DNA from: Nitrosopumilus sp.
GTDB taxonomy: Archaea > Thermoproteota > Nitrososphaeria > Nitrososphaerales > Nitrosopumilaceae
Direction of reading: 5' to 3'
Assembly (NCBI GenBank): GCA_965214775.1
Contig: OZ243974.1
Coordinates: forward strand, 160,001-224,000
Length of the DNA: 64,000 bases
Shown in pieces: positions 29,690 through 40,197 of this stretch. The stretch's first letter is position 1, and the number at the start of each line of letters is the position of its first letter. The notes beneath the pieces are model-generated. The model saw nothing but the letters and a program-made list of their open reading frames with translations. It did not search any database and had not been told where the DNA came from. The position numbers and the translations under genes are program-made.

Positions 29690-30829
29690 TTGTTGTTTTC
29701 ACATATTTCAGATACACATTTAGGGCTTGTACAATATGGTTCAGAAGAAAGAGCACAGGATATCTATGATGTTTTTAATCAAGCTATAGATACATCAATA
29801 AAAGATCACGTCAATTTTGTTATTTTTGCAGGAGATGTTTTCGATGTTCCAAATCCAAACGGAACGGCGGTTGTTCAAATGGCAAATGGATTAAAGAGGC
29901 TAAAAGAAAATGACATTGATTCATTTTTTATTTTAGGAGAACACGATATTAGCAGGGTTAGAACAACGCCAATTCCATACGTATACCACAATTTAGGATT
30001 CTCAAATTACATTGGCAACGGTGAGCCGCATAAACACAAAGGGGTTTTGATTGTAGGTTTTGACAAGATTAGAAAGGCAGAGATTTCACAGTATGAAGAA
30101 AAATTTTCTAAAATAGACAAGGATGTAAAAAATCACAACGGACATAAAATTTTGGTTTTACATCAAGGCGTTACAGAATTTAACAAATTTGCTGGAGAAA
30201 TCCAATCAACAGATCTTCCAAAAAATTTTTCATACTATGCAATGGGACATTTACACGACAAAGACATCAAACAATTCAATCATCTTAATGGGCCAATAGC
30301 ATATCCTGGTTCAACTGAACTAACTATAAGTGAAGGGATTAAGGAAAGCAAGAAAGGATTTTTCGAAGTAGATATTTCAACTCAAGAACCGAAACCCAAT
30401 TGGATAGAATTAGACACAAGACCACAACTTTCATTTGAAACAGATTACGACAAATTGGCTCAATCTATTAACAAGATTTCTGAAAGAGTTTCAGGGCTTG
30501 TAAAAAAGCCAATAGTCGAAGTGAAAATCAAAGGAGATACTATAGAAACAGACCACATTCAGGCTCAAATTTCACGCCTAAATGCTCTTGTTTTGAGATG
30601 CTTTTGGAGAATTAGTGCAAAAAAGGTTTCGGATTCTTCGGTGTTTTTGGATAGGCCAAATGTAATCGATGACGAAATGTTGCGATTGGCAACCGATGCC
30701 CTAAATTCTGAAGAATCTGCCAATTTTGCAATAAAGGAACTGCTTCCGGTTCTTACAACTGGCAAAACAGAACGTGCATCAGAGTTAGTCTACGATAATT
30801 TTGAAAAATTCAAGGAGAAGAAAAAATGA
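29690..30829 (+). CDS. mre11: DNA repair nuclease Mre11
   Basis: HISDTHLG, AGDVFD, LGEHD, MGHLH, YPGS. Confidence 0.93.
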   Translation: MLFSHISDTHLGLVQYGSEERAQDIYDVFNQAIDTSIKDHVNFVIFAGDVFDVPNPNGTAVVQMANGLKRLKENDIDSFFILGEHDISRVRTTPIPYVYHNLGFSNYIGNGEPHKHKGVLIVGFDKIRKAEISQYEEKFSKIDKDVKNHNGHKILVLHQGVTEFNKFAGEIQSTDLPKNFSYYAMGHLHDKDIKQFNHLNGPIAYPGSTELTISEGIKESKKGFFEVDISTQEPKPNWIELDTRPQLSFETDYDKLAQSINKISERVSGLVKKPIVEVKIKGDTIETDHIQAQISRLNALVLRCFWRISAKKVSDSSVFLDRPNVIDDEMLRLATDALNSEESANFAIKELLPVLTTGKTERASELVYDNFEKFKEKKK

Positions 30830-32895
30830 TCACATTAATAGAATTAGGAGACTTTTTGGCACATTCAAATACAAAACTAGAATTCGAGAATGGGGTTACA
30901 GTCTTTGTCGGACATAACGGAGCAGGAAAATCAAGCATCATTGATGCAATTACATTTGCTCTTTTTGGTCGGCATACTAGAAAATCAAACAAAGGACTAA
31001 TCAAAAGGGGAACAAATCAAGGATTTGCAAAAATAAATTTTTCGGCAAATGGAAGAAACTTTGAAGCGGTAAGAAAAGTAGACACTAAGGGAAATCTATC
31101 AGCTAAATTATCAGAGTTGCGTGATAATGACCAAATTGAATTAGCAGCTGGAGAAAGAAAACAGTTTGGGGAATCGATGACAAGCGAGGTTGAAAAAATA
31201 ATTGGTCTTGACTTTGAAAAGCTGAAAATTGCTTCAATTGTTCAACAGGGAGAATTGAATGCGATTATCAAAGCAAGGCCAAAAGAATTCAAAGAGTTGC
31301 TTAATGCAATTATTGGAATTGACAAGCTAGACACTGCGGTCGAATCTATGAAGGTTGTAAACAAAGAATTTCGTGAAAAGATTAATGAAAAAATCGGATA
31401 CGATGATACGCATATTGATATTTTATCCAGAGATCTGAAAAGAAATCAAGAAGAAATCGAACGATCAATTCCCACTAGAGCAAAACTGGAAGAAGAGCAA
31501 AAAAAACTGCAAAAGGAAACTGAAGAAATTAGAAAAAGGATTGAGACAGATGCGCCTAAAATTGACAAAATCGATCAGATTAAATTAAGAAAAAAAGATC
31601 TGCTTTCATACGCCAAAGAGGCCATACGAGAGATTCAAGAAGAAATATCAGAAAATGAGCGTAAAATTAGGGATTGCCAGGGATGTTTTGAAGATGCAAC
31701 GCAAAAAGAGGATCTAGAATCTAAAATCCGCATAGTAGAGGAAACAATTGAAGATACAACTAAAAAAATTCAGGAAATGACAAATCAAGTTGCATCATTA
31801 AAAGAGAAGTTAATTCTTGCAGAAAAGCTACAATTAAAAGACAACAAATGTCCAGTGTGCGGTTCTAATGTTGAAAAACTAAACCCATTATTTCAGGAAG
31901 AACACCTCAAAGAAGAAATCAACACATTGCAAGATCAGATTTTCTCAAAAGGAAAAGAAAAAGAAATTTACAAGAAAAAAAGAGCGGGATTCTCAGAAAA
32001 ACTTCAGAATGCAAGAGATGCCGAAGCAACATTAAGAGCTCATTTCATTAGCAGTAAGGAGGAACTGTTAAAAATTCAAGAAGATGTTAACCTAAAAAAA
32101 CAAAAGATTCCTCTTACCAGTAATGACAATCTAGACGAAATTGCACGAATTGATTCACATGCAAGAATGATTTTTCAAAGCATCATCAAACTAGAAGAAG
32201 AGACAAAAGGTTTTGATGAATCAAAGTTTTTAGAATTAAAAAATATAGCAGAAATTAAGCAGAGAAACATATCTCAAGCAGATCAGCAATTGGGTGCAAT
32301 CATCGAAAAAATTTCTAAGAGCGAAGAGGAGATCGTTAAGATCAAAAAGGCGTTAGAAGAGCTTTCAACTGTCAAAGAATACATGTCAGGGTTGCAGCAA
32401 ATTCAAACTAGTGTCTTTAACAGAGACGGGCCAGTTGCAACAAGCCTAAGGTCTTGGGCTTTGAATGCGATTTCTGCAAAGGCTTCAGAATATTTGGCAC
32501 TGCTAAATACAAAAATTCAACGAATTCATCTAACAGAAAAAACTCGAGACATATCCATTACATGCTATTCAAAAAATGAGACTCTGGATTTAGAATCATT
32601 GAGCGGGGGAGAACAGGTCAGTGTTGCACTAGCCCTCAGATTAGGCATGGCAAGCCTCCTGGGAGCCTCAAATCTCAACCTAATGATCCTAGATGAGCCT
32701 ACAGCACATCTTGATGCAGAGAGAAAAAAATCACTTGTAGGGGTACTTTCACAATTATCAAACATTTCAAATTCAGAATCGCCGATGCAGTTTTTGATCA
32801 TCACACATGATGCAGAAATTTTTGAGGATTCAACTGTAGAAAGGATTTACAAGTTTGAATCAAGTGAGAATGGAAGCAAAGTCATAGCACTCTAG
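30826..32895 (+). CDS. rad50: Rad50 ATPase
   Basis: GHNGAGKS, coiled coils, CPVC Zn hook, LSGGE, LDEPT. Confidence 0.93.
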   Translation: MITLIELGDFLAHSNTKLEFENGVTVFVGHNGAGKSSIIDAITFALFGRHTRKSNKGLIKRGTNQGFAKINFSANGRNFEAVRKVDTKGNLSAKLSELRDNDQIELAAGERKQFGESMTSEVEKIIGLDFEKLKIASIVQQGELNAIIKARPKEFKELLNAIIGIDKLDTAVESMKVVNKEFREKINEKIGYDDTHIDILSRDLKRNQEEIERSIPTRAKLEEEQKKLQKETEEIRKRIETDAPKIDKIDQIKLRKKDLLSYAKEAIREIQEEISENERKIRDCQGCFEDATQKEDLESKIRIVEETIEDTTKKIQEMTNQVASLKEKLILAEKLQLKDNKCPVCGSNVEKLNPLFQEEHLKEEINTLQDQIFSKGKEKEIYKKKRAGFSEKLQNARDAEATLRAHFISSKEELLKIQEDVNLKKQKIPLTSNDNLDEIARIDSHARMIFQSIIKLEEETKGFDESKFLELKNIAEIKQRNISQADQQLGAIIEKISKSEEEIVKIKKALEELSTVKEYMSGLQQIQTSVFNRDGPVATSLRSWALNAISAKASEYLALLNTKIQRIHLTEKTRDISITCYSKNETLDLESLSGGEQVSVALALRLGMASLLGASNLNLMILDEPTAHLDAERKKSLVGVLSQLSNISNSESPMQFLIITHDAEIFEDSTVERIYKFESSENGSKVIAL

Positions 32896-33605
32896 ATGAC
32901 ATTAACAACACCAGTCATCCAAGGATGAACCATGCAGAAATAATCAAAGGTTCCTGCCATATCAAAAACATGCTCGTAAGTGCCACCAGCCATAAATAAG
33001 ATTGAATCAAATATAGCAACGGGCAGAAGTCTTTGAGTTAAAATAGGTCATAACTACACGTAAAAAACCTCAATTATTTCTGCCCATTGCTATAACTCAT
33101 CGTGACCATCAGCCATGTTTCCACTCGTTACAGTGTGAGCTGCAGTATCATCATTGCCCCATATGACCAAAGTGCCAACAGCTGCATCAACTTCATAGGG
33201 AATGTAACATTCGTTTGTTTCCTCACATCCCAGAATTGCAGAACCTTCAGGAAGTGAAATTGTTAACGATATGGGATAGGATTCTGAGGTAGGCTCCATT
33301 ACTGGTTAAGCTGCCGGCGCCGTTCCAGTTTTGGCCATGGCACATTCTCCAGAATAGTCAAATGCAACATCAGCTGCGTTTAACATGCATTGGTTTCCAT
33401 AGGTTTCTCCATCCACACCACAAACAGGATCATACTCCATGGTACAGGCTACGGGTTTTCCTTCCACTGGTAATTCGGGTTGCTTGACCATTACATCAGA
33501 CATCATTCTTGGCTGAAGCATCTCGTCTGGAGACATCAAAATCAATCCAATTGAGACTGCCACTAAAACTCCGACTGCAATTATAACACCGTAAGAAAAA
33601 TTCAT
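32892..33605 (-). pseudogene. Kazal-domain + blue copper protein, broken by a nonsense codon and MITE B
   Basis: [20 protein letters not shown]; in-frame TAA at 33306; cupredoxin resumes after the MITE (FDSILFMAGG...YFCMVHPWMTGVVNVI). Confidence 0.87.
33014..33092 (+). mobile_element. MITE family B inside blue copper gene
   Basis: 79 bp, TA duplication. Confidence 0.92.
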
Positions 33606-33606
33606 C

Positions 33607-34095
33607 TCATCCGCCCGTCAATTTTGCAAACTTTTTGTTCTTACTTAACTTTTCCATAAACTGGATGTTTGAGAGGGCAACTACTGCTGATTCAACTACT
33701 GGCCTGTCCGGATCGTCTAATGCCTTTTCCAGGGCATCCTTGGCTTTTTTTGAGCCGACAACGCCCAGGGCAATAGCAGCCTCGTGTCTGACGAACATGC
33801 TTGGATCATTCAGGGTAGCATCAGTTAGTGGGGGAATTGAGCTCGAATAGCACATCTGACCAAGTGAAAAGGCAGCCTCATGTCTGACTAGTTCATTGTC
33901 ATCATCCTTGAGAACTTTGGCAATATACGGAACTTTGTCTTCGCCGCCAAAATCAACCAAAATACAGGTGGCCCTAGTCCTAACAACATAGTCCGGATGA
34001 TCCAGCAGCTTGACAAAGTATCCAGTGTCCTTTTGCTCGTACTTTGATTCCATTTCAGCAAACAATGCCAATCGATCATCAGTGACTACTTGCAA
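33607..34095 (-). CDS. HEAT/PBS-lyase repeat protein
   Basis: [10 protein letters not shown] / [10 protein letters not shown] repeats. Confidence 0.88.
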   Translation of the reverse strand: MQVVTDDRLALFAEMESKYEQKDTGYFVKLLDHPDYVVRTRATCILVDFGGEDKVPYIAKVLKDDDNELVRHEAAFSLGQMCYSSSIPPLTDATLNDPSMFVRHEAAIALGVVGSKKAKDALEKALDDPDRPVVESAVVALSNIQFMEKLSKNKKFAKLTGG

Positions 34096-34320
34096 TTTGT
34101 TTTGAGATTTTCAGTGTCCTATATTAGGTTACGCAGAAGACCAGCCAAGTGAAAAGTACCCCAGACCTGGCGTCATGAAGGGGGCTTGGGCTCCCTGATA
34201 TTAATCGTCATAACCACTTCCTTGAATACAGGCATTGATCTGTTTGCACCTGCCAGCGTTGCCAGGACGGTCTGAATTCCTTGGTTCTCTGCCTGGCTGG
34301 GGCACTTTTCACTTAGCTGT

Positions 34321-34581
34321 TCATTCGGATAACAGCTCCTCGACTTCCTCAATCTTGTCGTGATTTAACAAATATTGGAATCCATAGTTTGTCGGATGCC
34401 TCAAAACTAGATTCGTCTTTACAAGATTCTTTACTGCTTTCTCCACATTTCCTTTTTCGTGTGACGGAAATCCATGCTTCAGATCATCTAACCCATGATG
34501 CTTTCCTCCGCAGACATTGTGCAGCAACATCTTTGTCAGGAGCTTCTTTGAAACGGAATCCAGTTCCATTATGTTGAGCAA
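34321..34581 (-). CDS. small winged-helix-like hypothetical protein
   Basis: GGKHH...GFPSHEKG...HPTNYG motif; cargo of the composite. Confidence 0.65.
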   Translation of the reverse strand: MLNIMELDSVSKKLLTKMLLHNVCGGKHHGLDDLKHGFPSHEKGNVEKAVKNLVKTNLVLRHPTNYGFQYLLNHDKIEEVEELLSE

Positions 34582-34658
34582 ACAACCAGTATCTATTTTA
34601 GCATTATGTAATTCATTTCTTAATATTATGGATTATAGTAATTAATATATATTGTACG

Positions 34659-35057
34659 TTGTGTTGCATACAGCGTATGTCTAGTACAATTTCCAAAAAT
34701 ACACCAAATCAAGGCAAGTCCTCAAAAACTACTTCAAAGACCCATGATGGTAAAGTTCTGGAGATAGGGCCACTGGAAGACAAGTTCCCATGTTCCAGAT
34801 CAAAGATTTTGGATTTTCTAATAGTGTTTGATGACTATGATTATTCTATCTCCGATATTGCAAGATATTCCGGAATATCTTTTAAAACCGCACTCAATGA
34901 AACTCGCCAACTCGAGGAAGATAAATTCATTACAAGAACAAGAACGTCCGGGAAGTCGATCATGTACAAACTAAATCCAGATTCTGCTAATATCCGGCTA
35001 ATTAGCAAGCTGGCCAAAAGCATAGCAATTAGCAGGGTAAAATCTCAGAAAAAATAA
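34659..35057 (+). CDS. ArsR-like winged HTH protein
   Basis: KILDFL...DYSISDIARYSGIS...TRTSGKSIMYKLN. Confidence 0.75.
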   Translation: MCCIQRMSSTISKNTPNQGKSSKTTSKTHDGKVLEIGPLEDKFPCSRSKILDFLIVFDDYDYSISDIARYSGISFKTALNETRQLEEDKFITRTRTSGKSIMYKLNPDSANIRLISKLAKSIAISRVKSQKK

Positions 35058-35293
35058 CCGCCTGACAATACCCCTCTAGTTCAAAAATTCTCTCACACTA
35101 TCAGCCAAGTAAAAAGTACACCAGACCCGGCGTCATAGAGGGGGCTTGGACTGGGATAAATCGCCATTCCCTCCTTGAATACCGGCATTGATCTGCTTGC
35201 ACCTGCCAGCGTTGCCAGGACGGTCTGAATTCCTTGGTTCTCTTCCTGGCTGGGGCACTTTTCACTTGGCTGAAGACAGCCGATCAAGTTTTA

Positions 35294-35414
35294 CAGTCTT
35301 CCCAGAAGTACGTGATTCATGACTGTGCAGATGGCGGCGAGTGAATCTGTAGGCGTCATAATTTGGTTTGCCTCAAATCCGGAGCCGTTTTTCGGATTAC
35401 TTCTGGGAAGACTG
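35294..35414 (+). mobile_element. MITE family C
   Basis: 121 bp, TTTTA duplication, close to 28781 copy. Confidence 0.92.
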
Positions 35415-35458
35415 TTTTAAGGGGTATGTATTTAATGGAAAAAATACGATTGTGAACA

Positions 35459-36127
35459 ATGAGTACGGCAGTCATAGGTGAAAAAGCGCCAAATTTCGGA
35501 GTTTCAGAATGGGTACAGGGGGCACCTACAAACTTTGATCAGGAAAAGGACAAAATTGTGATTTTAGAAGTTTTTCAGGTTAATTGTCCTGGTTGCTTTA
35601 TGCATGCATTGCCTGAGGCGGTAAATATTTACAACAAATACAAAGAGGACGGGGTTCGAGTTTTAGGAATTGCCACAGCCTTTGAAGATTTTGACAAAAA
35701 TACTTTGGATAATTTGAAGATGCTAGTTCAGACAGGCAAAGTCATAGGGGAAACTAAAAAGGCACTTTCAACGTATGGTCAGCTCCAAGAGGGCGACAGA
35801 TTGTCCTATCAGATTCCGTTTCCGCTAGGAATGGACAAACTGACAAAGACTGCAGGAGAAATTAGCCAGGAAAAAGTCATGCAGTTCATCTATCCTCAAA
35901 TTCCTGAATTTGATTCCCAGCCAGAGGAATACAAGAATCAAATCATTCAAAGAGTAAAAAACTACATGAAATCAAAAGAGTACGCAGCTGAGACGTTTGA
36001 GAGATTTGCGTTACAGGGAACTCCGTCAACGATTGTTGTTGATAGAAAAGGGATTCTCAGGGATGTGTCATTCGGGCAAACAAATCACATTGAGCCACTG
36101 ATTCAAAAATTGTTAAACGAAGACTAG
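35459..36127 (+). CDS. redoxin/TlpA-like thioredoxin-fold protein
   Basis: FQVNCPGC, GTPS. Confidence 0.85.
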   Translation: MSTAVIGEKAPNFGVSEWVQGAPTNFDQEKDKIVILEVFQVNCPGCFMHALPEAVNIYNKYKEDGVRVLGIATAFEDFDKNTLDNLKMLVQTGKVIGETKKALSTYGQLQEGDRLSYQIPFPLGMDKLTKTAGEISQEKVMQFIYPQIPEFDSQPEEYKNQIIQRVKNYMKSKEYAAETFERFALQGTPSTIVVDRKGILRDVSFGQTNHIEPLIQKLLNED

Positions 36128-36211
36128 TCAGCGAGCAACCACTACAACGGCTACAGACAGGGCAACAGAAACCACAAATCCCGCGATTAATGCAATTTTT
36201 GCGTTGTCCAT
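36128..36211 (-). CDS. 27-aa single-TM small protein
   Basis: MDNAKIALIAGFVVSVALSVAVVVVAR, directly downstream of the Zn-finger gene. Confidence 0.5.
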   Translation of the reverse strand: MDNAKIALIAGFVVSVALSVAVVVVAR

Positions 36212-36213
36212 CA

Positions 36214-36483
36214 TTATTCTGAAATGGTAATCACCCTGGCAGGAGTGCCGCCAAATCCAGGATCAATTTTTTGTTTGGGGCTCAAGGTTGTATCATGATG
36301 ACATGGTTTGTTACAGACGGGGCAGAATTTTCTATCAAGAACAATACACTGACAGATATGGTTTTCCAGATAAGCCTGGGCGGCCTGATTCCATTCACCG
36401 GTACCGTTACAAAAAACACACATGTTTGATGCAAACACTCCTGCACCCTTGCACAAATCACAGAAATCTTCTGTCATTCCCAC
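36214..36483 (-). CDS. Cys-rich Zn-finger protein
   Basis: CDLCKGAG, CVFCNGTG, CQC, CPVC..CHH. Confidence 0.75.
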   Translation of the reverse strand: MGMTEDFCDLCKGAGVFASNMCVFCNGTGEWNQAAQAYLENHICQCIVLDRKFCPVCNKPCHHDTTLSPKQKIDPGFGGTPARVITISE

Positions 36484-36626
36484 TAGTTGAAAAGAAGATA
36501 CATCATATATTCTAAGAGTTGTAATAGTTTACATGATCGAGGCAGAAATTATTGTTCCCGCATTAATTATATTGGCAGTAGGGGCTTTTGTGGGAAGCAG
36601 GATTTGGATCATGCTAAGGAAATAAC

Positions 36627-37469
36627 TCATAATTGCCTCCTCAAAATAATGATTGCTGATGCCGGAACTCCAACGTACATTCCAACATTGAGTATGATCA
36701 GACCAGAGCCAATAACAATTGCGTCAAACTCCGAGTTGATCTCGGCATAACTCAAAATCGATAATGAGGCGATCATCGGAGTAATTGACAGTCTGACAAA
36801 TTCCCGGAAGACCTTGTTCTCTCTTTCAAAATCGGCAATTCCGGGGGAGAACGAATAGTAGAATTGGTTAAATGAACTTACAAAAATAATTCCAGAATAT
36901 GTAGATAGCAGTTGGTTGTCTCTAATCTCTCGCAGTTGTTGTACTTGCGGAGAAAGTTCAGTCCCATATGCGGCAGTGGCAATGAGGCATCCCCCGCCCC
37001 CACCATTTGAGCTTAAATCGTCGACTGGGACATCAACAACTGCTTCATCTCGAGCTGTTTCAGTAACTCCGGATAGTGCCTCTGTTGCAAATATTTCGAG
37101 TCGGTTATCTCCAGAACCTGTGAAATTCAAAGTAATAAAAGAAATTTTTTCATTGGAATTTATTTTTGCAGAATACTCTTGATCATTTAGCAAAAGAGTG
37201 AAATTTCCGCCTAGCAAATTTGCAGGTATGATTATTTCACCGAGATTATTTTCAAGTCCGCTTGAAATGTAAAGTGTCAGTAGTTTTTCATCACGGTCAA
37301 AGTCAAAATCATAAATGTCAAAATTTGAAACAGTTTTTACTTCAAAGGTGTGGCCTGCACTTTGAACGTTCAATCTGTTGACAAGGCCCGTAGCATCAGA
37401 TAGCAGCTGTCCATATGCGGGAGATAAAATCACGGACAATGCGATTAAGGATAATAAAATTAGTTTCAA
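36627..37469 (-). CDS. secreted CFI-box-CTERM domain protein
   Basis: Signal peptide; GGGGCLIATAAYGTELSPQVQQLREIRD...FYYSFSP; C-terminal TM helix. Confidence 0.87.
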   Translation of the reverse strand: MKLILLSLIALSVILSPAYGQLLSDATGLVNRLNVQSAGHTFEVKTVSNFDIYDFDFDRDEKLLTLYISSGLENNLGEIIIPANLLGGNFTLLLNDQEYSAKINSNEKISFITLNFTGSGDNRLEIFATEALSGVTETARDEAVVDVPVDDLSSNGGGGGCLIATAAYGTELSPQVQQLREIRDNQLLSTYSGIIFVSSFNQFYYSFSPGIADFERENKVFREFVRLSITPMIASLSILSYAEINSEFDAIVIGSGLIILNVGMYVGVPASAIIILRRQL

Positions 37470-37470
37470 C

Positions 37471-37935
37471 TTATGCGGTTCTAGGAATTCGCTTTGTCAG
37501 TTCTTTATCCTGAGCAACTCTCGGATGCGCGGGATCGGCCAGGATTACCTCAAACCAGTAGTGCTTGCCGTCTTTATAGATAAAGTAAGAGCCTAAAACT
37601 TTCATGTTTGGGTATCTTTCTGAAACTCTTCTCTCAGCAACAGTTTTCATGCTGTCATCTGCCTTGATTCTAGTTACACCAAGATGCTTTGGTCTTCTTC
37701 CACCAGTCGGTCTTTGCTTTCTCATGCCGCCGGTACCGACCCTCATTCTAACAACAATGATTCCTTGTTTTGCCTTGTAGCCTAGTCTTCTTGCTCTATC
37801 GATTCTGCTTGGTTGTTTGATTCGAGTAACGGCATTTTGTTTACGCCACTCAACTACGCGTTCACGTAGTTCTGGGGCATTCTCTTTCCACAGTCTGATC
37901 CATATTTTGTCTTGATGGCTAGGCATATCGGGCAT
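37471..37935 (-). CDS. rpl15e: 50S ribosomal protein eL15
   Basis: RARRLGYKAKQG, YWFEVILADP. Confidence 0.96.
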   Translation of the reverse strand: MPDMPSHQDKIWIRLWKENAPELRERVVEWRKQNAVTRIKQPSRIDRARRLGYKAKQGIIVVRMRVGTGGMRKQRPTGGRRPKHLGVTRIKADDSMKTVAERRVSERYPNMKVLGSYFIYKDGKHYWFEVILADPAHPRVAQDKELTKRIPRTA

Positions 37936-37975
37936 AGTTTTAGCCCCTTTAATAACTGTAAATCAGCATTCCAGC

Positions 37976-38067
37976 GTAAGGGTTTACCCCATCCAGAAGA
38001 TACGACGTAAATAGGCATGATCGTGAGAGCCCTAGTTGACAGCATCGCCTGAGGGGTAAACTCATAC
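37976..38067 (-). mobile_element. MITE family A
   Basis: gtaagggtttacccc...ggggtaaactcatac; 9-bp duplication CATTCCAGC overlapping the end of MITE D. Confidence 0.85.
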
Positions 38068-38072
38068 CATTC

Positions 38073-38195
38073 CAGCTAAGCGAAAAGTACCCCGGATCTG
38101 ACATTATGGAGGGGAGTTTGAGTTCCCTGAGACAAACAGCCATACACTCCTTGAATACTAGTATTGTCAAGACGGTCTGAATTCCTTGGTTTTCT
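38073..38195 (+). mobile_element. truncated MITE family D
   Basis: cagctaagcgaaaagtacccc...gacggtctgaattccttggtt homologous to 34142 copy. Confidence 0.75.
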
Positions 38196-38332
38196 GAGAG
38201 ATGATCCGAAATTAGAAACCGTACGAATTTTTCGAGCGATTTCACAGATAACTTGTATTTTGTTGGTGTTTTGAGCTGCTCTATGCAAATTCGTTCACAA
38301 ATAATCAGTCTGCTAATTTCGAATCAACTCTC
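38196..38332. mobile_element. MITE family E (~137 bp)
   Basis: TIR gagagatgatccgaaattag/ctaatttcgaatcaactctc (18/20). Confidence 0.65.
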
Positions 38333-38334
38333 TA

Positions 38335-38801
38335 GAGGCCGTACGTGCTGCGCGCGTACTTTGACACGCAGCTGCTCATAGCAGAAGCCAAGGGCAAGAT
38401 GGCGCACGACATTAGAGTGTTCTTCATGGGACACAAGGGAAGCATGGATGCTCGGTACACCACCAACAAGTGCGTGCTGCCCGAGATCCTGATAGCCGAG
38501 ATGCGCCAGTCATTTGGCCGCTCCGAGGAGCACTTGGATCAGAGCGAGGTAGCAGATCCCCTCGTAGAGCAGAGGGAGAGGGCCCAGTAGATGATCACCG
38601 AGGCCACGCCGGAGCAGATTGGCCGCGTGCTAGAGGCACTAAGCGTGCCGGCAATACGGACCTAGCCAGGTTGTGGCCGACGAGGGAGATGCCAAAGATC
38701 TGATATCCCGGGGATGCAGGTTCGTCGGCGTGCTGCCAAACGACAGGATCGTGCTGGAAAGACAGGACGTGAACCCGCAGTAGGCTCACATATGGGAAGA
38801 C
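38335..38801 (+). pseudogene. 3' fragment of tyrosine integrase (diverged direct repeat of 47639-48105)
   Basis: Colinear without indels at offset 9304; extra TAG at 38588. Confidence 0.9.
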
Positions 38802-39009
38802 GTGTACCCGCGCCGGGCTCACGTCCGATACGAGACGGCAGAGGCGATTGGGACGCCTACAATATCCCTACCTTCATTTTTTATTTCACAGCCAAGCGAG
38901 ATGTGCGGGTATTTGATCCGCTTCCAGTTTGTCAGACTGGCGCAAGCCAGGGCACGCCTCGCTCGGCTACGGGTACGCCATTTCGTCATCCTAGGTTTTT
39001 TCGCCTGGT

Positions 39010-40197
39010 TCAAGGGAATGCCAAATCCGGATGGCTCACGAAATCAATCAAGAGGACATCCGCACGATCGTATTCGGGGGTCAAAAACAACATCGAGCCG
39101 TCCAGGCACTGACACCCCTCGCACGCGTCTCTTGGTGCTGGCAGACGCATCGTGTCGTGGATCTCGATTCCGCGATCCGCATAGTAATCATACACCGTCT
39201 GGCCGCTTCTATCCCACGGAGTGAACCAGCACTGGGGGTACGGTATCTGGATCCACACATACTCGGTATCGGGATCCCTTGCATACGAGTCCCCGTCGAG
39301 CTGATATCCCGACGACTGGCCTCCGATTGAGAATCGGATCACGTCACCTGACTGCGTGACGTAATATCCGTGCTCGTCATAACCGTCAGCCGACACCTGC
39401 AGCGGCGTCTCGCTCAAGGGCATTACGGTCACAATGAACTGACGCGTCTCCCCCGGAAGCATCTCGGTTCTGGGAGTGTAAAAACCCCGACCTGGTAAAA
39501 CATCGCTCAAAGACTCGACTGGCTTCAGGGGAGGATCCGAGGACAGAACCTCCACGTCCCCTATGAATGTGATCCGGAACGCGGCGTTGACCGGAGATGC
39601 GGTATGCGGGGAGACGACGTCAAGCATGACGTCTGCGCTCTGGCCGACTAGCGGCAGCTCCGGCATCCTGAGATCTATTTTCAGTCCGCCGTCTATGTGG
39701 CGATCCCGGTGATATCTTTTGTCCTGTCCAAGACTGCCGATATGCTCGAACGCACTAGAGGACGCAATATCCTCCGGATACTCGTCCAGTACGAACCACC
39801 CGCTGTTTTCCAAAAATCGCGCGCTAAGGCCATCCACGCATCCCCAGTCATGCTCAGGAGACATCACACGCATCGCCTCACAATTGTGGTATGACATGCC
39901 ATCCACGTTTACCACACTCCAGCCCTTCCTTTCTATCAACCCTGCGTACGCGCACACGGGGGAGCCCCTGTCGCGCATCACAAGGACCATGTACTGGCTG
40001 CAACGGATGTCCTCCGGAGGCACGCCGGCGGCAAGCTGCTTTAGCGGGGGCGGCACACCCACATGTGTGGCGGCAGTGTTCCATTCTAAACTCTTTTGGT
40101 CGAAATAGTGTTGTGTGGGCGGCACACCCACATGTGTGGCGGCAATGAGGGCCGCAGTCAGGGCGATAAAAAGTCCGGCCGCCAAGAGTTTGATCAT
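39010..40197 (-). CDS. secreted thaumarchaeal protein (PPLKQ...PEDIRC...GSPVC N-terminal module)
   Basis: Signal peptide; same N-terminal module as the 21334 pseudogene; C-terminal CEGCQC. Confidence 0.75.
   Translation of the reverse strand: MIKLLAAGLFIALTAALIAATHVGVPPTQHYFDQKSLEWNTAATHVGVPPPLKQLAAGVPPEDIRCSQYMVLVMRDRGSPVCAYAGLIERKGWSVVNVDGMSYHNCEAMRVMSPEHDWGCVDGLSARFLENSGWFVLDEYPEDIASSSAFEHIGSLGQDKRYHRDRHIDGGLKIDLRMPELPLVGQSADVMLDVVSPHTASPVNAAFRITFIGDVEVLSSDPPLKPVESLSDVLPGRGFYTPRTEMLPGETRQFIVTVMPLSETPLQVSADGYDEHGYYVTQSGDVIRFSIGGQSSGYQLDGDSYARDPDTEYVWIQIPYPQCWFTPWDRSGQTVYDYYADRGIEIHDTMRLPAPRDACEGCQCLDGSMLFLTPEYDRADVLLIDFVSHPDLAFP

Larger units (their letters stand above)
34142..35272. mobile_element. 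composite element bounded by two MITE family D copies (34142-34319, 35102-35272)
   Basis: Each copy has TIR cagccaagtgaaaagt/acttttcacttggctg; AAGAC flanks the outside of the pair only. Confidence 0.8.
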
